A stretch of DNA of 64,000 bases. Source: Tubiluchus corallicola. Its lineage: Eukaryota > Animalia > Priapulida. Below, in pieces: positions 36,701 to 49,350 of this stretch. Under the pieces are notes generated by a model. That model was given only the letters and a program-made list of their open reading frames with translations, made no database searches and was not told the origin of the DNA. The stretch is from the NCBI GenBank assembly GCA_030141605.1, contig JAQGDQ010000322.1, positions 124,001 through 188,000 of the forward strand. The letters run 5' to 3'. How positions within the stretch are numbered: position 1 is the stretch's first letter; each line of letters starts with the position of its first letter. A program made the translations under genes and the position numbers.

Positions 36701-39700
36701 TGCTTGAGCTACTGAAGAATGAGGTGAAACCGCTGTAAAATGAAAAACAAACTGCTTGAGCTACTGAAGAATGACCTAAATGAAAAACAAACTGCATTCA
36801 GCTACTGAAGAATGAGGTGAAACCGCTGTAAAATGAAAAACAAACTGCTTGAGCTACTGAAGAATGAGGTGAAACTGCTGTAAAATGAAAAACAAACTGT
36901 CTGAGCTACTGAAGAATGAGGTGAAACCGCTGTAAAATGAAAAACAAACTGCTTGAGCTACTGAAGAATGAGGTGAAACTGCTGTAAAATGAAAAACAAA
37001 CTGCTTGAGTTACTGAAGAATGAGGAGAAACTGCTGTAAAATGAAAAACAAACTGTTTGAGCTACTGAAGAATGAGGTGAAACCACTGTAAAATGAAAAA
37101 CAAACTGCTTGAGCTACTGAAGAATGAGGTGAAACCGCTGTAAAATGAAAAACAAACTGTTTGAGCTACTGAAAAATGAGGTGAAACCGCTGTAAAATGA
37201 AAAACAAACTGCTTGAGCTACTGAAGAATGAGGCGAAACCGCTGTAAAATGAAAAACAAACTGCTTGAGCTACTGAAGAATGAGGTGAAACCGCTGTAAA
37301 ATGAAAAACAAACTGCTTGAACTACTGAAGAAAAAACATTTGCTCATTCTTCATTAGTGAATGCAGTATGTTTTTTTTGGTTTTTGTGTTGGTTTGTTTT
37401 TTTTTGGTTTGTCAAACTGCTTGAACTACTGAAGAATGATGTAAATGAAAAACATACTGCATTCAGCTAATGAAGACTGAGGTGAAACTGCTGTAAAAGG
37501 AAGAGCAAATGTTTACAACAAGTGAGACGATTTTTTTCTACAAAACTTACCCAGAGCTTGCGATGGCGTCGTTTCCAAAACCGCCAAATCCGAAACTTGG
37601 ACTAGGAAATCCGAAAAAACCGGTTGTATATCGCTGGCCTGTCAATCCCACCTGATTACGATTTTGCCGACTCCGGGACGGTCGACCTGCAAACGAACGA
37701 GTTTTAAATTACAAGCATCACAACTTTCTAAAGTTCTTTTAAGCTGCTGAAATGTGAAAACGAACGGTGTTAATATAGTAAAGAGACTTAGGAATAAAAA
37801 ACTTAAAGAACAAGGCAGTATTTTGAACAAAAGGCAGAAAACAAACGGAAACAAAAAGGTAAATATCACTGTGTAACGTTCACCTTAATCACCTTCTCCA
37901 GAAAAGGACTGCTTCCTTTTCTTCTTCCAGAGAGAGTTAAAAAGAGACTAGTTATCAAACAGTGTAAACGGTACTCTGTTAATTAAACATGCACAAAATA
38001 ACGGCCATGCAAAGCAAAATTCCCGTAAGGGAAAACTTCCTGACGTGGGTAAAACTTTCGCAAACCTCTGATCATCATAACTCTGGGGAATACCAAAAAA
38101 GAGGAGAAACACAACTCATGCAAAAACTATAAATACGATTCCTTAATGTTAAAAACTTAGGAATTACTGAACTAAAGTGTTAGCAGGAACAACCACACAC
38201 TATTGTTAATATGAAATAAGCTGTAGGCAAGAATGTATAAGACCAAAAGACATTTCCGTATCTTGTTCAGTGGCGGTTGTACCTGCGTAATAATTTACGT
38301 TACGTAATAAAATAGTTAAACCACCTTGTCCATACGGATGGAACCTATCGGCGATATCCAAGTCAAAATCTGAGCCAGCTGAAATAAGCAAACACATGCT
38401 CGTTTACAAGACGGTCGCTAACGAAGCATAAATAATTGGGAAGTGGATCACAGCTGCAGGTACCGCACAACATAGGAACACGAAGGAGATGAGAAGGCGA
38501 GACGAATGAATGACTCAACAAGACGGTCGCTAACGAAGCGTAAATAATTGGGAAGTGGATCACAGCTGCAGGTACCGCACAACATAGGAACACGAAGGAG
38601 ATGAGAAAGCGAGACGAATGAATGACTCAACAAGACAAGAAAGAACTTTAATCAGTCGGATACAGCACACAATAAACAAGCCAAAAACATTCGAAGCAAA
38701 TAAAACCAGCAGTTTATTAGTTTGGGACATTCAACTGATGAAGAATAAAACTGAACAGCACAGAGTTTGCAGTCACTGCTACCACAATGCATAACCACAT
38801 CAAAATAGTAAGCATGAGGCAAACAAAAACCCAAGAATAACAGATAAGAATACAAGTAGCATGGTAAGTAAACTTGCCTGCATCCTATCAACTAGTAACG
38901 TACGATTAACATTAATAATGCAAGAATGGAAGTGCAACAATTAATGAATGTTAAAGCAGAAGATATCAGACAAGAACAAACAAACAAGCACTAAAAGAAA
39001 GACACACAATGGCATAGCAAGTGTTTGCGGCACCCAGGGGCAAAACAACTTCTGTCACGCTAACCTTTTGATGTTGATCATTTGGTTCGTGTGTGAAACC
39101 AAAAATTGTTCACACTTTCTGCATCTGTGAGCCAAACTTTTCTTTTTTGACATGATGGGACAAAGTTTAACGAATTTTTTCTGAGAATCTCCCCGAGTTT
39201 GATTTGTGGTACTGCAGCAGAGTAACTCTTTTCTATGCATTAGTTACGCATAACACGACAGTCACTAAACATTCAGCTCCAGCATTAAAACATGCAAAGA
39301 TTATGAAAGATACAGAACACTACAGGTTTTCATAATAATACAATCAGCATTTAGAGAAACGTCACTGTTTCTTCCAAAATTATCAATCTGCTAAACCACG
39401 TGACACCCTCAACACGCCGTTAAGTAACAACATGAATCTTTTTTCTTTTGTTGAAGTTTGAAAACTTTTGTTAATGCTGCATCTGTCATTAAGAATTAAC
39501 AGTCAATGAGAACTCCAGAAGAATTTACGCCCTCTCACCATTAACCCGGGTGCGATCGCCCCTCTCGTGCCCACCTTGCTACCCCTCTGACGACACAACA
39601 AAAACAACAGAACACGACTGTTGCAACGCAATGAAACGCAAGAATGAGACAAACCGTTTCCACAAGCAAATCTAATGCATAAGAACATAGAAAAGCTGAC

Positions 39701-42700
39701 AACACTGTGATCATAAGAATTACGATCGGGTGAAAGCGGGCTGCATGGAAAAATCCCACAAACAACAAAACAGGCAACATTTAAAACTTCAAGTTTAAGA
39801 TGTATAAACACTACATAATATAAGGCATTTCAATGATAAAAGCTAATGAAATGATCCGATGAAATCATGCTAAAAGCATGCTGTTAATATTCATTATATA
39901 AAATTATTAATAAAACTTCCACTCATGTAAAAATGTGACAAATTCAAAAACAGCAGCAACAACAACAACAGCAAAAACATCACATTTCTTTAAATTACAG
40001 TCTAGCCTCGTTATGCCGCCACCCTCGCCACGTCATGCTAGGATGAGTGCTTATGTAAACTATATTCGTTATGTCGCCAAACAGACAAACTCAGAGGTGA
40101 ATCGATCAATACATATACTGCGTGTCGATCAATATAACCGCGGTATGTAGACAATGCTGCTGTACTTGGTTAATGCGTAGAGAAACTAAAGTGCCAAAGC
40201 TGCGTTTAAGTTTGAGTTCCCACAAAGTGTGAGCAAATTTACATGATGTCTCTGAAGCGAAAACTGTTTTGTCTTAATCCTGAACAAAAAAAAAGGAAAT
40301 TTGTATTTATCATACGAATAATTCTTCAAAGACACAGCAGGAAATTGCTACTGTATTTAGTGCGAAATTTGGTGACACTGTTAGCCGGAGAACTGTAGGA
40401 GATATAATAGCGAGTAAAGAAAAATGGATGCAAAGTCATGGTCACAGTGGCTCAACGAAATTGCGACGTGGACAGCATTCCAATCTGGACATGGCACTTC
40501 AGCTATGGTTCACGACTGCACGATCGCAAAATGTCGTCATCACTCATTCTAAGATTATTTTTATGACATTTTTTCATTTCTGATTTAATGTTGATTGGTA
40601 TCGTAATGCGGAATATATTTTATATGTACATAGAGGAACACTATGTTAATCAACTATTATGTACAGTATGTATATACATATAGACTAACTTCGTTATGTT
40701 CCCATTATCTCGCCATACTCGCCTCTCGCCAAAAATTTGCCCTAGACGGACAGTGGCGAGATAACGAGGTTAGACTGTAAGTATGAAAACACGTTACACT
40801 TACAGCAGTCAAAGGTGAAAAATGCAACACACCACACGAAACTTACTAATATCGGCAAAGAAGTCTGCAAATGGGTCTCGCCCGCCGAAAAATTCCCTAA
40901 AAACTTCTTCCGGATCTCTGAACGTGAAACCTCCGTGGAAAGTACCAAAATGGAAGCCAGCAAGATCATCGAATGCCGAACTGGTAGTTCCAGCTCCGTT
41001 GATTAGTCCCTCCTTGCCGTACCTGTCGTATATTTTACGCTTCTCTTCTATATAACACAAATACATAAAACTTAAAGCAAAACCGGACCCAATTCTAAAC
41101 TGGAGGTTAAAACAATTTACCTTGTAAAATATTGAAAGGAAACGCAGTATTTTTTTAAAGAATGACTGGTGTGAATATGAATTATTACCACACGAAAGTA
41201 ATTTCGTGTTCCTGCGGCTAGGTCTTTACCATTTTCGTCATTCGTTAGTTAGATGGGTATTAGTGCCCGCATTTCGGAACATGATGGATGAAAAACGGGT
41301 GCTGTACCTTTCACTACAGACGTGTTCTTTTGTGACATAATACACACATGCATGGGCACAGGAGTAAATTTAAAATTTCAGTTTTTATCTCAGAACTTGT
41401 GGAATTTTTGTACATTACACTGAATGTTACACGTTAGCACTGTACTTCAATATTTGCCTTTGCAAACACATGCAACACGTTCGTGGAATGTTTGTGCTGT
41501 TTAAAAATTATGTTCATTCATGATGTCATCAACAGCTGGACTCACTCGCTGATAATAAAGTTTTTAACCTATCATTTCATCATCAGAAATGCTTTGCAAT
41601 TACTACATGTGCTAACATGTACACATTTTACCCAATTTACCAAACTCAAAAATGGGGTAGGACATGAAAATCATACTCAAAAATGGCGTAGGACATGAAA
41701 ATCATACTCAAAAATGGTGTAGGACATGAAAATCATACTCAAAAATGGGGTAGGACATGAAAATCATACTCAAAAATGGTGTAGGACATGAAAATCATAC
41801 TCAAAAATGGGGTAGGACATGAAAATCATACTCAAAAATGGGGTAGGACATGAAAAATCATACTCAGAAATGGGGTAGGACATGAAAAATCATACTCAAG
41901 AATGGGGTAGGACATGAAAATCATACTCAAAAATGGGGTAGGACATGAAAAATCATACTCAAAAATGGGGTAGGACATGAAAATCATACTCAAAAATGGG
42001 GTAGGACATGAAAATCATACTCAAAAATGGTGTAGGACATGAAAATCATACTCAAAAATGGGGTAGGACATGAAAAATCATACTCAAAAATGGGGTAGGA
42101 CATGAAAATCATACTCAAAAATGGGGTAGGACATGAAAAATCATACTCAAAAATGGGGTAGGACATGAAAATCATACTCAAAAATGGGGTAGGACATGAA
42201 AATCATACTCAAAAATGGGGTAGGACATGAAAATCATACTCAAAAATGGGGTAGGACATGAAACTCATACTCAAAAATGGGGTAGGACATGAAAATCATA
42301 CTCAAAAATGGGTATGATTGAGTCTGTATACTCATACACATACTCATACTCTGTAAATTTTAGCCATTTTAGGTATTTAACACACCAAGACGTAGCAATA
42401 TTTCAGCAGAACTTAGACGTTCCAGTATTATTGAAATAACTATTGCATCACTTTGCCTACAACATTTTACTTTTAAAAACCTAGTTTGCTGTTCTGTTAT
42501 CAACTTTGATCTTCACAAACTTTGCTGTGAATTCGTTTATTTTAAGTAAATACAATTTCATCTTACTGTCTGAAAGGACTTCGTAAGCTTCAGATATCTG
42601 TTTAAATTTTCTCTCAGCTTCTTCTTTCTTTGTGGGATTTTTATCTGGGTGCCACTTTAGTGCGAGCTTGCGATACCTAGAAAAAAAATCAATATTCATG

Positions 42701-43497
42701 TTAACAAAACCCCGAGCAAACTGGCAAAAATCAACTTCCCGTTCAACAAGCAACGTAAGAAGAATCTTAATGTCATTATCCGGAAAGCCAATGCAAAATT
42801 TGTAGAAAACTTCCACTGGTGATAGATTTACAGACCTGGAAGCTTCCAGATTTTTCAATTTGTAAACATTTCAACTAAGACTATAAAAACGTCACACTCG
42901 AAGTTCCGCGGTATAGCCAACATCATAAATTTACCTTCTATTTAAAAACTTATGTAGTTTTAAGCAATAAGAAACTGCTGGCAGTCTGAAACCAATGAAA
43001 CAGAACATAGACAGGCATCTGATTATTTTCATACCTTGAAGGGCAAGCAAAAGTTAAAAATTTCGCAGCTTTGAAACACCAAGTAAAAACTGCAAAACTT
43101 GACTGCCAATTAATGAAGAAGCCAGTTGCTAACAGCACGGATTTAACGCTCGTGTTTTCAAATAGTTCTTGTAAAGCAACAAACCATTTGTTACAATTTG
43201 TTGAGTCTGAACCGTGCTTTTAGATCAAACAAGTAACAAATACACCACGAGTTAGACAACGTGCACAAAAAGGAGCTGAAAAATACGCTTTTTTACCGCT
43301 TGCTCGGTGGCATCTCTCTTCACCTCCAAGATGTCGTAATAATTGCTCAATGTCACTGCTTACTGCATTGCCTTATCCACTGTGCTACGAACACTTGTAT
43401 ACTTACTAATAATTAAGAATACTTACGCTTTTTTTATTTCTTGCTCGGTGGCGTCTCTCTTCACCTCCAAGACGTCGTAATAATCGGTCATTGTCAT
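30760..43497 (-). CDS. DNAJB6: DnaJ homolog subfamily B member 6-like (class B J-protein), about 268 aa, 7 coding exons
   Basis: Exons 43497-43427, 42676-42567, 41047-40847, 38378-38325 (least certain), 37686-37551, 33340-33209, 30862-30760 give 807 nt with consistent phases. J-domain [34 protein letters not shown] region [22 protein letters not shown] region, C-terminus [38 protein letters not shown]. Confidence 0.93.
30890..31097. repeat. Degenerate tandem repeat (cacattaaaacaatgtacagtacaatc) just upstream of the last DNAJB6 exon
   Basis: About 6 diverged units. Confidence 0.7.
31737..32391. mobile_element. Tc1/mariner-pogo-type MITE with TA TSD
   Basis: ta|ccgtattttcccgtgtataagagaccc ... 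gggtctcttatacacgggaaaatacgg|ta perfect TIRs. Confidence 0.88.
33311..37331 (-). repeat. 52-bp tandem array (about 77 copies, 4 kb) containing the DNAJB6 exon-6 3' splice site
   Basis: Minus-strand unit cagtttgtttttcattttacAG|cggtttcacctcattcttcagtagctcaag; the last copy runs into exon [14 protein letters not shown]. Confidence 0.96.
38407..38636. repeat. 112-bp tandem duplication
   Basis: caagacggtcgctaacgaagc... occurs at 38407 and 38519. Confidence 0.85.
39007..39589 (+). mobile_element. MITE family B (hAT-like)
   Basis: caatggcatagcaag ... cttgctacccctctg. Flanks aagacaca/acgacaca form a 7/8 TSD. Confidence 0.7.
39998..40777 (+). mobile_element. Internally deleted pogo/Tigger DNA transposon
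   Basis: ta|cagtctagcctcgttat ... ataacgaggttagactg|ta. The region about 40246-40545 encodes a frameshifted CENP-B-type HTH remnant ([33 protein letters not shown]). Confidence 0.85.
41072..41640 (+). mobile_element. MITE family C copy whose 3' end runs into a minisatellite
   Basis: ttaaagcaaaaccggacccaat start, colinear with 24605-25150. Confidence 0.7.
41645..42313. repeat. 31/32-bp minisatellite aaaaatggggtaggacatgaaaatcatactc, about 21 copies
   Basis: Visible tandem units. Confidence 0.93.
43287..43370 (-). pseudogene. Diverged duplicate of DNAJB6 coding exon 1 inside the following intron
   Basis: Reads [22 protein letters not shown] versus [23 protein letters not shown]. Both ATGs are mutated and there is one fewer A before the donor. 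Confidence 0.8.
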
Positions 43498-43779
43498 TGC
43501 TTACTGATTTCCTGTAAAAACAAAAGAACATACATACAGTTAATGACGACTCACAGCTTGTAAAATTCCACAAATTAAAAAACTAAAAAACAGAAGACCA
43601 TAAGAGGTGAAATATGAAAGGTAAGTAAAAAAAAACATTTAAAACTTTGACAGATTCATTAAAGTGCAAACAGTTCACATAGTGTTTGCTTAATATCCCT
43701 TTAATGATGGCAACAACCACTTGTGCAGAGGAGCTACATATTGGTGAAACCTCCTCTGTTAATAACGTTTACCGTTCTT

Positions 43780-44170
43780 CACCATCATTACAGCTGCCAC
43801 CGCCATCAGCAGCCAAATCATCGCCACCAAGGACGACAACAACAGTAACTCCACTAGCACCACCACCACCAACAACAACACCATCATCAACAATAACTCT
43901 ACTAATACCACCATCGCTACGACCACCACCAAAAGTGTCACCAACAAAAACAATAAATCACCAACATCAACGCCACCACCACCACCAACAACAACACCAT
44001 CATCAACAATAACTCTACTAATAGTATACCACCACTAGCACCACCGCTACCACCACCACCAAAAGTATCACCCACAAAAACAATAAATCACCAATATCAA
44101 CACCAACGCCACCACCACCACCACCAACGACAACAGCAACAATACCTGCATCAGCACCAACAATAACTCC
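43780..44170. repeat. CAC/CAA low-complexity tract with internal duplication
   Basis: ccaccacc/caacaac runs; accaaaagt.tcacc..caaaaacaataaatcacc occurs twice. Confidence 0.8.
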
Positions 44171-46703
44171 TATAACAGAGTAACGTTTTTTCAGTTACTA
44201 GTTCATATACTCTGGACATAATTATCGGCAATAATTCACCAAGCATCTAAGCACCAATGAGAAAATCAGCTGCCGTTTGGTAATTAACATTAATGATTAA
44301 TCACATGACCATCAATTACTTAATTACACTGATTCATCGAGCCTTGCAAGGGAGATTCCTAGTCACGGATTACTCAGTTGTTAGTTTTAAAACTTCTTCA
44401 TACCATCCCGCCAGCTTGCTGATTAAACGAACATGTTTCCACGTGGCGCGAACTTTTACTAAAAATAAGTGAACGTCTCTTTACGCTGTTCTTAATCAAT
44501 TTCCTGGGGCATTGATCTACTTAAATTGGACCTCGTCAAAACCAAATCAGACTCTGTTTAAAAAAATCCCCAGCGTTTGACAAAGAAACTAGCCTGGCTT
44601 TTAAACAGTTTCTAACAATTTCACGGACTTAAAAAGGCCACTACAAGTAGGGTTGCCACCACTCCTGACTTGGTCAGCAGTCTCCCGAAATTCAGACATA
44701 CACCCCGTAGTTCGGTCAGGTTTTTGAAAAATTATGAAATCTCTTGATTTTGATCATCATTTTAAAGTTCTGTCATTCATACTGGGGTTTTTAAGAAGTG
44801 GGAGCTTATTGTTTTTGAAAGGAGAATTAATATTGCTGATATATTTATAGAGAAACAGGAGAGTTTGATAATCTCTGTGGGTTTCTAATATCGGGATTTT
44901 CATGGAGTTTCTTAAAGAGGTGGCTGTACATTAGACACGGTGAAGTTGCAGTTCGTAATACGTGTGCAAATCACGTGGATTAATCAGAATAAATCATCAT
45001 CATCATCACTTAGCACCAATGTACGGCTGTCAACACGAAATCGTGCGATCAAAGGACTGAAAGGAATTACGTCATTTTCCTATTTCCGGCATTGAGCGGC
45101 TAGAACCGATTGTGGCTTTCACGGAAACGTCAAACTATCAACGTTTTCTCTTCATTCATCAAAATCTTTCGTACGCCATTTTCGTTGCGTAGCAATGATT
45201 AAAAGCCAATAAGTGTTAGACTGAAATGTGGGCTGGTGGTGCATTGAAGTGTCAAAATCACAAATGCGTATATCAGCTGAAAACTCATAACGTTGCAGAA
45301 TCAATTGCTGAGGGACAAATTTTCCTGCCAGCAACTTCATAATGAAATTTACGTCATCATACTAAAGTTCAACAAGACAATCAACGTCATGCGGTCATGG
45401 CAAAAAGTACCTGGTTCAAATCCGGGAAAGTCAGCAATTTTTCAACATTCGTTTCTTTTGGTCAAATAAGTTTTATAAATCTAATAATTACTGTGGTTCG
45501 TTATATCACTGTCATAAAGCAAATGGACAAAGAAAGGCACATACAGCACAAGCCAAGTTTCTGACAAACCAAGTACCTTTGTTAAGAACCAAATACGTGA
45601 TCTGTAACACAAGTACTTATTTTGTACTACGGTTAACATCGGCGAATGAATACTAAAACCATAGATACACCATGGCTAGAAACTTACACATATCGCGGTG
45701 CTAAAAAAGAAGAACTGAATTAGATTACGGACGGACGGATGAGATGCAATCTCATACAACGCTGATCATTGCACGACTCCCGCCTCAGGTGTTACAGTAA
45801 CCGTACTGTCAGTAGAAACGTGGGTCAGGCCTAGATTTAACGCTCTCAGACGAGCTGTGCACAATATCGTTGCTGTTTTAATACAAGGACATATTAACCC
45901 TGACATCAGCTGTTACTCAAAAACCTCTTTATTCACCGTCACTCAAAATTCTACACCCATAAAGCCGCATGCAGTTAAAACCTTGTATGTAAAACTGTGA
46001 AAGATTGAACGTGGGACAGGTATGGAAAAGTTGCACAAACTTGAGAACCTGCTGTCATGTGAAAACAATCCTTCCAATGCTTTGAAAATCAAAACCCCGA
46101 ATCCCTAATGTTTTGCATGAGCAAAAGTGATCAGCTATTCAATTTCCAATTCAATTCAATTTCATAGTGTTACAATGAAACATGATTAATAAAAGAATCT
46201 CTAATAAGTTTTGAAGAATGGTTAAAATGTATAGATAGATCTAGAACTAGAGAAAGGATAGCAAAAAGACTATAAAGTCACCTAGTCTGCTGTCCTTTAC
46301 CGAATATAGATAAAAAGATTTTTTAGACACTGGTGGGCATTAATGTTATCAGTTTAATTCAGGAAACATTAGTAATTTTTAAAATTATGACATTTTCGAT
46401 ATAATCCAGAGAAAAGAATATAAATGTAGTTTAATTAGCGGGCAACACAATAAGTAATTTACAACTATATATGTATATTCACATATTCATATAAACATAT
46501 ATTATATATATATATATGAGGTGGCACAAAAAGGTCTCTTATTCCAGTATGAGTTTTGGAAGGAAGCGAGCAAAAACTTCGCTTGTTAAAATATTGCAAT
46601 TTTAACGTATATTACATTGCTACCATACTTCAACGATCCCTCCCAAGTTTTGTTAAATTGTTGTTATAATACAATTAAATTTATTGTATTTTTAATGTAA
46701 CTA

Positions 46704-47180
46704 ATGTAGTTTTTATCCAACGTAAACCCATGTATTTTAATTTTGCTACTTCACACAATGTAGGCTGGCCTAAGAGCTAACATGGCCTGCCAGTCTCATG
46801 TTTTATAAAATAATGTATATTTTTACAAAAGTTCTTAATAAATAAATAAATAAATAAATAATCAATGTAGTTTTTATCCAACGTAAACCGATGCATTTTA
46901 ATTTTGCTACTTCACACAATGTAGGCTGGCCTAAGAGCTAACATGGCCTGCCAGTCTCATGTTTTATAAAATAATGTATATTTTTACAAAAGTTCTTAAT
47001 AAATAAATAAATAAATAAATAATCAATGTAGTTTTTATCCAACGTAAACCGATGCATTTTAATTTTGCTACTTCACACAATGTAGGCTGGCCTAAGAGCT
47101 AACATGGCCTGTCAGTGTCATATTTTATAAAATAATGTACATTTTTACAAAAGTTCTTAATAAATAAATAAATAATCAAT
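46704..47180 (+). repeat. About 160-bp tandem triplication, each unit ending in (AAAT)n; possible LINE/SINE 3' end
   Basis: aatgtagtttttatccaacg at 46704, 46864 and 47025. Confidence 0.85.
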
Positions 47181-48869
47181 CTATGACATCTAGATGACGA
47201 TAAAAAGCGCGAACAACAGAAGAAAAACTAGAACAGCTAAAAACAAACAAAAACGGCAGTGAAACGAAAAAGTATCCCCCTATGTTGGAATGGACTAATC
47301 CAGATTAGACTAGGGTATAAAACAGCACAGAGACTCTTACTCCCCCCCCCATGTTGGAATCTACTAATCCAGATTAGACTAGGTTATTAAACAGCACAGA
47401 GACTCTTACACACCAACACCCTGAGGCAAACTCGTAAATACAGCAAACTTGGCATAGTGATAAGCCAAACCAACTCACACAAACTCAGTTACTGGATCAA
47501 ACAGTGAATGATACAATTGTTATTACAAAAACTCAAACAGTTATATAAAGAAAACTAAAACCTACCCGCCCACGACTTAAAAAGTTGTACCGAAAAACTC
47601 AGACATTTGAAGAACTCCAATAACTGATGTACTTGATACCTCTAAGCGAAATTAGTGTTGAATATATTAACACCCACAGCGCCGTCTGCAGGCAATACGG
47701 AAAAACAATGGTATAGTTTCAGTGAAGTTCACATTTATTAAACCAGAAAGATAATGACACGTCTAAGCGAAATTAGTGTTGAATATATTAACACCCAACA
47801 ACCACAGCGCCGTCTGCAGGCAATACGGAAAAACAATGGTATAGTTTGAGTGAAGTTCGCATTCATTAAACCAGGAAGATGAACCAGCTGAAAAGTTTAA
47901 TCCACTAGATGATTATTTTCACAATTCAATCTGCCCGCTGGCAAACGATAAAATAAGCCAGCCAGTGATGGATTACGTTTGTTTTTGCCCGTGAGCTTGT
48001 TGCTGTCATACCGGAAGCGGGTTCGAAACCGGAAGTACAACAAACTTTGCCACTATTTCACCAACCAGTCGTGTTTGAACAAGATACAGTGAACAGCATT
48101 TAGTTTTATTTTTTACCTCATTGTGTCAATGACAGAAATCTTTCCAGTACTGTATTCAAACAGACGTTTTTTCACAATCATCACAACCTAACGACGGTAG
48201 TAGAGTGTACAGCATGTAATTTTATTTTTACCTCATTGTGTCAATGACAGAAATCTTTTCAGTGCTGCATTTAAATCATCACAACCTAACGACGGTAGTA
48301 AGTTATAAGCAACAACAATGCAGTGTCTTAAACAACTTTATCAACCTTTTTACGCAGAATTCGTAAGAGGAAACTTCAATAAAAACACTGTTTTTTATAT
48401 TTAATATAAAATAAAACCAAAACTATGTTAGCTTAAATGCATTTCTAGCACAGCAATTAAAAATAAATAAAATGTCTATCATTTAATCAAGATAAATGTG
48501 AAATCTTGAGAGAGAAAGAGTGAGATATTGATAACTCTACAGTTTTCTTTGGCATTATTGCAAAGATTCATGGTAACTGCTTGTCACGCAATGGCTTCAT
48601 TCATCAAATACATCATTTCAATTGCGTATGCATTAACCAGCAAATGAAAATCAATATTTAACTTCGTGCTTGAGCTAAAATTTCGTTACTCCTACAGTGT
48701 AAGCTAACACTTTTAGACAGAAAGATTAAAAGCGCTAACTCGTTTATCAGAAACAAACGAATTTCCATCATTCATGTTGTTTAACACTACTGTACTTTTA
48801 GGGAAAGTCAGCAAGTGTAAAAACTGCTAAAAAGAACAAAATCAAAAATATAAAAACCTTTAGCAGGTT

Positions 48870-49350
48870 TGGCTTTAGTTTTACACCATAAAGTGAGTAT
48901 ACAGCACGGCTATGTGAGTATACAGCATGACTATTCAATGAAATCAGTTGCGAAACTTGGCTTTAGTCTTACACCATAAAGTGAATATATAGCACGACTA
49001 TTCAATGAAATCAGTTGCGAAACTTGCCTTTAGTCTTACACCATAAAGTGAGTACACAGCACGACTATTCAATGAAATTAGTTATGAAACTTGCCTTTAG
49101 TCTTACGCCATAAAGTGAATATATAGCACGACTATTCAATGAAATCAGTTGCGAAACTTAGCTTTAGTCTTACACCATAAAGTGAATATATAGCACGACT
49201 ATTCAATGAAATCAGTTGTGAAACTTGGCTTTAGTCTTACACTATAAAGTGAGTAATCAGCACGACTATTCAATGAAATTAGTTATGAAACTTGCCTTTA
49301 GTCTTACACCTTAAAGTGAATATATAGCACGACTATTCAATGAAATCAGC
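48870..49350. repeat. 67-bp tandem repeat, about 7 copies
   Basis: ctttagtcttacaccataaagtga..gcacgactattcaatgaaatcagttg units. Confidence 0.9.

Noticed and set aside
33311-37331. Possible CRISPR array or repetitive coding exon
   Set aside because: No spacers, the 52-nt unit is not a multiple of 3, stop-containing variants occur, and it lies between two phase-compatible DNAJB6 exons.
48005-48040. Paired ccggaag (ETS-like) motifs as the DNAJB6 promoter
   Set aside because: Short motifs alone are insufficient and the non-coding first exon could not be located.
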